From Macrostomum lignano (taxonomy: Eukaryota), in contig NIVC01000731.1 in NCBI GenBank assembly GCA_002269645.1, forward strand, positions 1 to 64,000: a DNA stretch of 64,000 nt, given 5' to 3'. The notes beneath the pieces were generated by a model. It did not search any database, had not been told where the DNA came from, and saw only the letters and a program-made list of their open reading frames with translations. The position numbers were made by a program, and so were the translations under genes. This document shows positions 32,590-42,720 of this stretch, in pieces. Positions within the stretch are counted from its first letter, which is position 1. Every line of letters begins with the position of its first letter.

Positions 32590-33776
32590 TGATTGGGTGA
32601 GATTTTGTGCCAGCTGGGGTGAGATTTTGTGCCAGCTGGGGTGAGATTTTGTGTCACCTGGGGTGAGATTTTGTGCCAGCTGGGGTGAGATTTTGTGTCA
32701 CCTGGGGTGAGATTTTGTGCCAGCTGGGGTGAGATTTTGTGTCACCTGGGGTGAGATTTTGTGCCAGCTGGGGTGAGATTTTGTGTCACCTGGGGTGAGA
32801 TTTTGTGCCAGCTGGGGTGAGATTTTGTGTCAGCGAGGGTGAGATTTTGATTTTGTGCCAGCTGGGGCAGTGGTGGCGCAGTATCTCTGGTTGGGGGGGG
32901 GGGGCAGTAGTTAGGTGGTCACCCCCCTTCCCCTACCTTCCCCTACCAATCGTAATTAAACAAATAAAAACATTTGAATTCGAACACAAATTTTCTAAGA
33001 AAGTAAAAAATTACGAACAAATCATGACACTTCTTACAAAACGAAAATTCTTATAAAAATGCATTTTTAATCATTGATGCAAGTTGCATAGCAGGGAGTG
33101 ACCATCTGCCCTCCCTTCCTAGGGTCTTTTCGAGGGCCGTGGGGATGGTGGGGTGGTCACCCCCTTGAGGCAGTGACCTGTGGTCACCTGGGGACAGCTG
33201 CCCCCCTGCGCCGCCACTGAGCTGGGGTGGGATTTTGTGTCAGCTGGGGTGAGATTTTATGCCAGCTGGGGTGGGATTTTATGCCAGCTGGGGTGAGATT
33301 TTGTGTCACCTGGGTGAGATTTTATGCCAGCTGGGGTGAGATTTTATGCCAGCTGGGGTGGGATTTTATGCCAGCTGGGGTGAGATTTTGTGTCACCTGG
33401 GTGAGATTTTGTGTCACCTGGGTGAGATTTTATGCCAGCTGGGGTAAGATTTTGTGTCACCTGGGTGAGATTTTATGCCAGCTGGGGTAAGATTTTGTGT
33501 CACCTGGGTGAGATTTTGTGCCAGCTGGGGTGAGATTTTGTGTCACCTGGGTGAGATTTTGTGTCACCTGGGTGAGATTTTGTGCCAGCTGGGGTAAGAT
33601 TTTGTGTCACCTGGGTGAGATTTTGTGTCACCTGGGTGAGATTTTATGCCAGCTGGGGTAAGATTTTGTGTCACCTGGGTGAGATTTTATGCCAGCTGGG
33701 GTAAGATTTTGTGTCACCTGGGTGAGATTTTGTGTCACCTGGGTGAGATTTTTTGCCAGCTGGGGTGAGATTTTGT
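32590..33776. repeat. 22/23-bp minisatellite GTGAGATTTTGTGCCAGCTGGG in two blocks (32590-32830, 33222-33776)
   Basis: Directly visible downstream of the RUVBL1 stop. Confidence 0.95.
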
Positions 33777-34401
33777 AACCAAATTTGAGCTTGATATATT
33801 CGTGTCGGTCCAACCAACCAAGTGTTGACTTTAATGTTAATTATAAATTTTGCGCAAATTCGTGTCTGCATTATGCTACTCATTTGGCGTTCATTAAGTA
33901 GACTGTTGCGCGCGTGTTTACTTTTCTAATGATTCTCGGCTAGCTGCCAAGCTGTGCTCGAGCGCGCTGCTGCTTTTTTATACCGACTGTAGACAGGACG
34001 AAAAACAAATGAAAAATATAAAACCGGCCTTCTCTTTTCCATTTCGCCTCTCACGAATGTTTTGCACATTGATTGAGCAGACTGAGCTGCTTCGCTTTTC
34101 AAAAACATTTATTTATTTTTGAGGAGAATTTTACAAATAACTTTACTACATATTTTTTGGCTTGTTAGTAGCATACTTTGCTACTTATTAAAATGAAAAT
34201 CTTACAAAGTCAATTGTAAACGGTGTCATCGGGTGGGCAGGACAAAGAAAGTTCCAATACTAAATCTGTCAGCTCGTACTGTACATACTACTTATCGATA
34301 CTTTACTTTTCTAAATTTTTAAGTAGCATAATTAGCGCTTTTTGCTATTTTGAAGATGATGACAATACATTAGCGAATTTTACAAGCGGCTCGGACGCAG
34401 C

Positions 34402-37341
34402 CTACATGTCCGCAGCCGTTTCGTAGCTGGGCGGCGGCGTGCCGCTGTCCTGTCCGCGGGCGTGGGTCACCTTTGGCTGCTCCTGTTGCTGACCGCTGCC
34501 GAACTCTGAGCCGTAGTAGCTCATGTTGAGGCCCGGCTCGGGATAGGGGGGCGGCTGCGAGCTGCTGACTGGCTTGGCCGCCACTGAGCTGGAGCTGAAT
34601 TGCATGGTTGGGTTCGGAGAAATGCTCCTTATTGATCCGGCCTGTCCTGGCCTGAGTGACGATCCCAAATGTGACAGAGTGACGATTCCAAATGTGACAG
34701 AGTGACAATCCCGAATGTGACAGAGTGACGATCCCGAATGTGACAGAGTGACAATCCGGAATGTGACAGAGTGACAATCCCGAATGTTTCAGAGTGACAA
34801 TCCTGATGTGTCGCAGTGAAAATATCCGGATGTGACAGTGACAATTCCGGTGTGCCAGATGACACTGTGGAGTGCAATCTGTCAGAGTGAAAATTCCAAT
34901 GTCGCAGAGTGAACAATCCTTATATTAAGTAAGGGGTGTGACAATCCTTATGTGAGCGAGTGACAATCGTTATTGAGGGAGTGACAATCCTTATTGTGAG
35001 AAAGTGACAATCCTTATCGTGAGGGAGTGACAATTCTTAAGTGAAGAAGTGACAATCCTTAAGTGAGAGAGTGACAGTCCCAGTGTGACTATCCATCTAG
35101 ACGTATGGATCAGGGCATCAGAAATTGTCACTGCAGCAGGTCTCACCCGGCGGAGGCCCCCTTGGCGCAGTTGTAGCAGATGTAGACGATCAGCACCAGG
35201 CCGGCGGCGAGGAAGGCGATGCCCACCGCCACGCCAGCGGCACGGCTGCTGCTGCAAGGTGAATCGAGGGCGCAATTATTTGAGTCAATTTCAGCAGGTA
35301 ACCATCTTTTTGCCTAGACCATAAAGTTCATCAATACGTACGAATGAACTACATGCATTCGAATAGCTGAATATGAAAAAGCTCATATCCTTAAAGGTAT
35401 AAGGGAACTCATGGGAAAGTTCATCTTAAAGTACAGGCGCACTCGTGGCAAAGCTTATACATATATCTTAAAGTACAGGCGCACTCGTGGCAAAGCTTAT
35501 ACATTTATCTTAAAGTACAGCCGCACTCATGACAAAGCTCATCCTAAAGTACAGGCGCACTCATAGCAAAGTTCATCCTTACAGGCACTTACAGGCACAC
35601 TCATGGAAAAGTTCATCTTAAAGTAGAGGCGCACTCATGGCAAAGTTTATCCTAAAGTACAGGCGCACTCATGGTAAGGTTAATCTTAAAGTACATACGC
35701 ACTCATGGGAAATACTCGCATTTTTTCTGCGCAAACAAATCTACTCACTCGTCCCAGAATCCGCAGCAGTACTCAGCTTCATCATCGCCGCAGCAGTAGG
35801 TCTTGTCCTCGCTGCCGTCAATCGGGCAGATGAACACTCCGTATGTAGTTTTATTCTTGTAGATCCAGGGCACCTGCACGGAGCTGTTGTACTCGACGGG
35901 CACCGCGTCCTCGATATTGAAGCACAATGGCGTGTCGCTCTCCAGGTCGGAGTGTGACCTGCGCCAGCGCAGCGAGCTGAAGTAGTAGCCCGACCGGAAC
36001 GCGCGGTACTTCACCGACCAGCTGCAGTTCGAGTTGGGGCTTTGACCAGCGTCTGAACTTTACGGCCTTGAGGGGGAGCTTAACCATGGCCTGGGGGTGG
36101 GAGAAGACTAACCTTCATGGCCTGAAGGTGAGAGCTGACTAACCTTCATGGCCTGAAGGTGGGAGATGACTAGCCTTCATGGCCTGAAGGTGGGAGATGA
36201 CTAGGCTTCATGGCCTGGAGGAAAATACATGCAGCAGGAGGACTAACGCAAACAGCGTGAAATATACGCATTTGCGAGCTAGAATTTGTGTTGGATGATT
36301 TATTGTACAAAACTTTGGCATTTTTAAACTCTCTCATATCCTGAAGTGTCAGCGAATGAAACTGCACTCCCTCAGTGCCAAACAGTTCAGTCACACTGCA
36401 CTCCCTCAGTGCCAAACAGTTCAGTCACACTGCACTCCCTCAGTGCCAAACAGTTCAGTCACACTGCACTCCTCAGTGCCAAACAGTTCAGTCACACTGC
36501 ACGCCCCCAGTGCCAAACATACACGAAGGACGCGGCCACAAAGGTGGACATTCGAGAGTAGCTTGTTCCCCCACTCGATCTTGAGTAGGACCTGCTCCGG
36601 CTGCTCCGGCTGCTCCGGCTGCCGCTGCTCCGGCTTCCGCTGCTGCCGCGGCTGCCGCTGGAGCCTCTGGCAGCAAAGGCTGCAATCAGTGAGACATGAG
36701 AGGGCTGTCTGTTTCGAACCCGTGGCTTGCGTATGCATGTCACGTACAATTGTTTATACATGTACATTGAGTAGAATCCCACTAAGAACGTAAGTAACAC
36801 TGCGGTTACTCACTCAGCTAGCATTAAACACTGCGGTTACTCACTCAGCTGGCATTAAACACTGTGGTTACTCACTCAGCTAGCATTAAACACTGCGGTT
36901 ACTCACTCAGCTAGCATTAAACACTGTGGTTACTCACTCAGCTAGCATTAAACACTGCAGGTACTCAGTCAGCTGGCATTAAACACTGCAGTTACTCAGT
37001 CAGCTAGCATTAAACACTGCGGTTACTCAGTCAGCTAGCATTAAACACTGCGGTTACTCAGTCAGCTAGCATTAAACACTGCAGGTACTCAGTCAGCTGG
37101 CATTAAACACTGCGGTTGCTCAGTCAGCTGGCATTAAACACTGCAGTTACTCACTCAGCTGGCATTAAACACTGCAGTTACTCACTCAGCTGGCATTAAA
37201 CACTGCGGTTAGTCAGTCATGGCTGGCATTAAACACTGCGGTTACTCAGTCAGCTGGCATTAAACACTGCGGTTACTCACTCAGCTCGATGAGCAGCAAA
37301 GCGCAGAAGACGAATAGCAATAATAGAATTGAAGGCTTCAT
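34402..37341 (-). CDS. Shisa-like single-pass protein (six-Cys C-C-CC-CC domain, PY motifs); exons 37341-37281, 36679-36523, 36021-35749, 35251-35147, 34651-34402 (281 aa)
   Basis: Signal peptide MKPSILLLLFVFCALLL, S/R/G-rich segment, LCF..FICP..YCC..YCC, TM GVAVGIAFLAAGLVLIVYICY, PPPY and PPSY in the tail. Splice phases 1,2,2,2 are all compatible. Confidence 0.8.
34652..35090. repeat. ~23-bp minisatellite GTGACAGAGTGACAATCCCGAAT (Shisa-like intron 4)
   Basis: Degenerating tandem units. Confidence 0.85.
35395..35705. repeat. ~34-bp minisatellite CTTAAAGTACAGGCGCACTCATGGCAAAGTTCAT (Shisa-like intron 3)
   Basis: About 8 imperfect copies. Confidence 0.85.
36100..36515. repeat. Two short minisatellites in Shisa-like intron 2 (~31-bp CATGGCCTGAAGGTGGGAGATGACTAACCTT; ~34-bp CAGTGCCAAACAGTTCAGTCACACTGCACTCCCT)
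   Basis: 36100-36210 and 36345-36515. Confidence 0.85.
36795..37285. repeat. 31-bp minisatellite CACTGCGGTTACTCACTCAGCTAGCATTAAA (Shisa-like intron 1)
   Basis: About 15 copies; unit includes the reverse complement of the donor GTGAGT. Confidence 0.92.
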
Positions 37342-38534
37342 CTGAGCAGTGTGCTGAAATTCGGTTTAAGTTCAAAGTCTGCAGTGCAATACGCGGGCAT
37401 TGGTGTGTCTCAGGCTAAAAGTCTGCATTTACCAAAGCCTGAGTTTTGGTCCGAGCTTTTCTACTCAGCAAACGCTTGGATGAAGTCTACGCGTGAGCAC
37501 AGCTAGTGCGGTGTTGCCATGCAATGCCTACCCAAGTACTCTCATTCTTCTCACTAATTGTGTTCTCTTCTCTTGCCCGACGCACTGCACAAGCTTTGAA
37601 CAAGTCTGCTTTTGTATAAGCAGACAAGTTAAAGATGCAAAGATGCTGCGACTGCGATGGTTCGTTATTAAGTTTATTGCGTCCCCTAAAATCTTTGTTG
37701 CCTAGTTGTTCATTTTAAAAGCCTTCGCGCGCTTCAACTTGAAGCAGTCAGATTTCTTTTGGGAGGAGCAGCAAGGATTCAAAGCAGAGAATGGGTGCCT
37801 TAAAAGGGCCGTTTTAGTGAAAAGAACTATCTAAATTTCGCTCGCTACTGTCAAGAGCAGCCGACCATTGTACCTGTTTTTTTGCACTAAATAAATTTAA
37901 TGCAACAATGTGACTTTTAAATAAATCCGCGGTTAAATATTTATTGGATTTTCTGGTTTAAAATAAAAATTTCCTTTTTGCAGTGTACCTTGCATGAATC
38001 TGCTAAATAACGAGCCCAAGCTGAATTGTCTTCTTGAAACCAGCTTAAATTAGTAGATTGTGGTCGATTCCGGTGGATAACATGACTTTCGAATAATTCT
38101 AATTGCGAATTCGTGTATAATTAGTAATAAAAAATATCTTTAAGGTTCATGATACATTCATGCAACCATACACGATACACCTTCAGCCTGACTTTCTCTG
38201 TTAGGTCAGTAAAAAATGACAAAAAATCTATGGGATTTTGTAAAACACGACTATTAATTACTGGCTGTGTTTATAATTAATATAAAAACTTACTTTTTTT
38301 CCTTTCGCATCACTTCTTGTCTAAGATACCTTTTATTTCTACTGCCAGTAGTATATTGCATACAGAACATTCTTCATTAGGCTTGCAAATTTTGGTTCCG
38401 TAGCTTCGAAGAGGTCCAGTTTTATTTCGAATAGGTCCAGTTTTTACAATATAGGCTATACTGCATAGGCAAACTTTTTACTTTCATATCCAAAATTCAT
38501 CTGCCTCTTTCTTCATCCGTCCAACTCCGTGAAC

Positions 38535-39194
38535 ATGACTGACCCCGCGCCCGCTGCTGCCAAGGCGACGCCCAAGGCGAAAGCCAAGAGGCCGGCCAAG
38601 CCGAAGGCTCCATCTGCACACCCGCCGACTCTGCAGATGGTGAAGGCCGCGATCCGTGCCAGCAAGGACCGCAAGGGAACCTCGCTGGCCACCATCAAGA
38701 AGTACATCGCCGCCAACTACAAGGTTGACATCAACAAGATGGCTCCGTACATCCGCAAGGCGGTGAAGAGCGCTTCCGACAAGGGTGTGCTGGTCCGAGT
38801 GGGCAACAAGGGCCACGGCGCTTCCGGTAGCTTCAAGCTGGCCAGTATGAAAGACGACGCTGAGAAGCCCAAGCCGAAGGCCAAGGCCGCTAAGAAGCCC
38901 AAGGCTCCTAAGTCGCCTGCTGCTAAGAAGCCCAAGGCCAAGAAGCCCGCCTCTGCAAAGAAGGCCAAGTCACCCAAGAAAGCCAAGTCGCCCAAGAAGC
39001 CAAAGGCTGCCAAGGAGGCCCCGAAGCCTGTGGCGGCAGTGCCGGCGCCGGCGGCACCCAAGGCGGCAAAGCCCGCCAAGCCGAAGACTCCGAAAAAGCC
39101 GAAAGCTTCCAAGCCCAAGTCGCCAAAGAAGCCGAAGGTCGCAGCCAAGAAGCCCGCCGCTAAGAAAGCCCCGGCCAAAAGGGCAGCCAAGTAA
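38535..39194 (+). CDS. H1: Histone H1 (replication-dependent type), intronless
   Basis: Globular domain HPPTLQMVKAAI..GTSLATIKKYI..GASGSFKL and K/A/P-rich tail. Confidence 0.96.
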   Translation: MTDPAPAAAKATPKAKAKRPAKPKAPSAHPPTLQMVKAAIRASKDRKGTSLATIKKYIAANYKVDINKMAPYIRKAVKSASDKGVLVRVGNKGHGASGSFKLASMKDDAEKPKPKAKAAKKPKAPKSPAAKKPKAKKPASAKKAKSPKKAKSPKKPKAAKEAPKPVAAVPAPAAPKAAKPAKPKTPKKPKASKPKSPKKPKVAAKKPAAKKAPAKRAAK

Positions 39195-39256
39195 AGGCTT
39201 AGCCCCAGCTCGACTGCGCGATAGCCACCTAAGCAGATCATTTTGAACGCTAAAAC

Positions 39257-39272
39257 GGCCCTTTTCAGGGCC
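39257..39272 (+). terminator. Histone 3' stem-loop GGCCCTTTTCAGGGCC
   Basis: Canonical 16-nt hairpin with AAAC before and ACCA after, 62 nt past the H1 stop. Confidence 0.95.
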
Positions 39273-40149
39273 ACCAAATCCAAATGATCTTGGTCGCCTT
39301 TAATTAGGCTACTATCACTATCTCACTGTCCTACCAGAAATCTAATTAGTTACATGGTACCAGTACCAGCTAGTTTTGCTGTAGTTGTAGAAATTGTTTT
39401 GTTAAAGCAATGCAAGTAGAGAGTAGCAATGGTAGCATACATTCTGCACGCATTTAATAATTATACCTTATTGGCTTATTTTGCCTCAACTAAATTTCAA
39501 TTCGAATCAGAGCATTTAACGTTTTGTATTGTGTATATATCGCCTCGGACTCTATATTCAGTTAATTCAATTTCTAAAATAGTTGACTGGTGACAGCCAG
39601 TACTTTATTTCATCTCGAACTAAACTGAAAGTAATAATAAATAATCCAGGGCCACCCTCAACCCATTCCAAGTGGATTCCAGGAGATGGATGGTCGCTGG
39701 CCCCGTGGCCCGGTAGTAGCCCTTAGGTTATAGGTAGCGGACGAGTCGGCAGAGATTCTCGGGCCTGAAAACGTCGGATCGGAGAGGTCCGGGTTTGGGC
39801 CGAGATGGAGCCTGTCCTGAATAAAGGCCTGAATAACACCGGACCGGAGAGGCAGAATGGCATTCCTCACTGCGGATTTTCCCTGGAGGTGGCGATGCCT
39901 GGCAAAACAGCCATGACCCAAGAGGGCCATGGTCACCGCAATAGTTGATTCCAAGCAGGGCCCTGCATCTGACGGAAAAGTACTTCGAAAACTTTCTGTA
40001 CTTGGGAGGAGGGTTGGTAAGGGCTCGCTATGCTTATGGCCTTCTAGCTGTCTTGAATGTATTAAAAAGGTTGACGTTGACACTGTATTAAAGAAATACG
40101 ATGAAATTTTGCAGGGAGCTGCATGTATATGTACATGTAGATGTATGAG

Positions 40150-42142
40150 AGGCTGGTACTGTGTGAGAGGCTGCTGGCAGCTGTGTGAGAGGCTGCTGGC
40201 AGCTGTGTGAGAGGCTGCTGGCAGCTGTGTGAGAGCCTGCTGGCAGCTGTGTGAGAGCCTGCTGGCAGCTGTGTGAGAGGCTGCTGGCAGCTGTGTGAGA
40301 GCCTGCTGGCAGCTGTGTGAGAAGCTATGGCAGCTGTGTGAGAGGCTGCTGGCAGCTGTGTGAGAGGCTGCTGGCAGCTGCATGTTAGAGGCTGCTGGCA
40401 GCTGTGTGAGAGCCTGCTGGCAGCTGTGTGAGAAGCTATGGCAGCTGTGTGAGAGGCTGCTGGCAGCTGTGTGAGAGGCTGCTGGCAGCTGCATGTTAGA
40501 GGCTGCTGGCAGCTGTGTGAGAGCCTGCTGGCAGCTGTGTGAGAGCCTGCTGGCAGCTGTGTGAGAGCCTGCTGGCAGCTGTGTGAGAGCCTGCTGGCAG
40601 CTGTGTGAGAAGCTATGGCAGCTGTGTGAGAAGCTGCTGCATGGCAGCTGTGTGAGAGGCTGCTGGCAGCTGTGTGAGAGGCTACTGGCAGCTGTGTGAG
40701 AGGCTGCTGGCAGCTGTGTGAGAGGCTACTGGCAGCTGTGTGAGAGGCTGCTGCATGGCAGCTGTGTGAAAGGCTGCTGCATGGCAGCTGTGTGAGAGGC
40801 TGCTGGCAGCTGTGTGAGAGGCTGCTGCATGGCAGCTGTGTGAGAGGCTACTGGCAGCTGTGTGAGAGGCTGCTGCATGGCTGCTGTGTGAAAGGCTGCT
40901 GCATGGCAGCTGTGTGAGAGGCTGCTGCATGGCAGCTGTGTGAGAGGCTGCTGCATGGCAGCTGTGTGAGAGGCTGCTGGCAGCTGTGTGAGAGGCTGCT
41001 GCATGGCAGCTGTGTGAGAGGCTGCTGCATGGCAGCTGTGTGAGAGGCTGCTGCATGGCAGCTGTGTGAGAGGCTGCTGGCAGCTGTGTGAGAGGCTGCT
41101 GGCAGCTGTGTGAGGCTGCTGCATGGCTGCTGTGTGAGAGGCTGCTGCATGGCAGCTGTGTGAGAGGCTGCTGGCAGCTGTGTGAGAGGCTACTGGCAGC
41201 TGTGTGAGAGGCTGCTGCATGGCTGCTGTGTGAAAGGCTGCTGCATGGCAGCTGTGTGAGAGGCTGCTGCATGGCAGCTGTGTGAGAGGCTGCTGCATGG
41301 CAGCTGTGTGAGAGGCTGCTGGCAGCTGTGTGAGAGGCTGCTGCATGGCAGCTGTGTGAGAGGCTGCTGCATGGCAGCTGTGTGAGAGGCTGCTGCATGG
41401 CAGCTGTGTGAGAGGCTGCTGGCAGCTGTGTGAGAGGCTGCTGGCAGCTGTGTGAGGCTGCTGCATGGCTGCTGTGTGAGAGGCTGCTGCATGGCAGCTG
41501 TGTGAGAGGCTGCTGGCAGCTGTGTGAGAGGCTACTGGCAGCTGTGTGAGAGGCTGCTGCATGGCTGCTGTGTGAAAGGCTGCTGCATGGCAGCTGTGTG
41601 AGAGGCTGCTGCATGGCAGCTGCAGCTGTGTGAGAGGCTGCTGCATGGCAGCTGTGTGAGAGGCTGCTGGCAGCTGTGTGAGAGGCTGCTGCATGGCAGC
41701 TGTGTGAGAGGCTACTGGCAGCTGTGTGAGAGGCTGCTGCATGGCAGCTGTGTGAGAGGCTGCTGCATGGCAGCTGTGTGAGAGGCTGCTGCATGGCAGC
41801 TGTGTGAGAGGCTGCTGGCAGCTGTGTGAGAGGCTGCTGCATGGCAGCTGTGTGAGAGGCTGCTGCATGGCAGCTGTGTGAGAGGCTGCTGCATGGCAGC
41901 TGTGTGAAAGGCTGCTGCATGGCAGCTGTGTGAGAGGCTGCTGCATGGCAGCTGTGTGAGAGGCTGCTGCATGGCAGCTGTGTGAGAGGCTGCTGGCAGC
42001 TGTGTGAGAGGCTGCTGCATGGCAGCTGTGTGAGAGGCTGCTGCATGGCAGCTGTGTGAGAGGCTGCTGCATGGCAGCTGTGTGAGAGGCTGCTGGCAGC
42101 TGTGTGAGAGGCTGCTGGCAGCTGTGTGAGGCTGCTGGCAGC
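40150..42142. repeat. ~2-kb minisatellite GAGAGGCTGCTG(CAT)GGCAGCTGTGT
   Basis: Units with or without a short CAT-containing insert. Confidence 0.96.
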
Positions 42143-42720
42143 TTTATGACGGACTGACAGGCATTTACATGTACATGTACGCGGAATACACATGTAACTT
42201 GTAGTGAAAACTTTTGTGCTAAAAGCTAGCATCTTGTAAGGATGTGAATTCGAGCTGTAAGGTCATTGGCAAAATAGTTTAATTATTCTGATTGAGCAAA
42301 AAATTAATAGTTTAGCCAAGCAGGCACAATTAAGATTCGCACAATGTGTTCCAATGTGTACCCAATTGCAGCTGCTTCACCTGACTCAGTTGCTGCTCCA
42401 AATTAAGGATTGCAACGTGGCTTCTCTCGTCGCGTGGCTTGTCAAATTTTAATCTAAAATAAAAAAGTCAAAATTCTTATCATGCGAGAGTTAAACGAAA
42501 CATTTTTTTGCTTGTTAGAAGCTTTGGTTTGTTTGCCTTCGCCAATGGCAACGCAATGCAAATGAAGCATTCGGGGCCGGGCGGCTTAGCAACCGATGCA
42601 AACACTGATATCCCCCCGCATCAAGCACTGTCGATAAGAGGCGGGGAGCGAATGCATAAAACTCGATTCGCTCGGCAGGCCCCTGTGCAAACCAACAACT
42701 CCTACAACTCGAACAGCGAT

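Noticed and set aside
39658-42232. Long ORFs of QLPAASHTAA / MQQPLT repeats
   Set aside because: Minisatellite translations; the adjacent unique part (39660-40120) gave no recognisable domain
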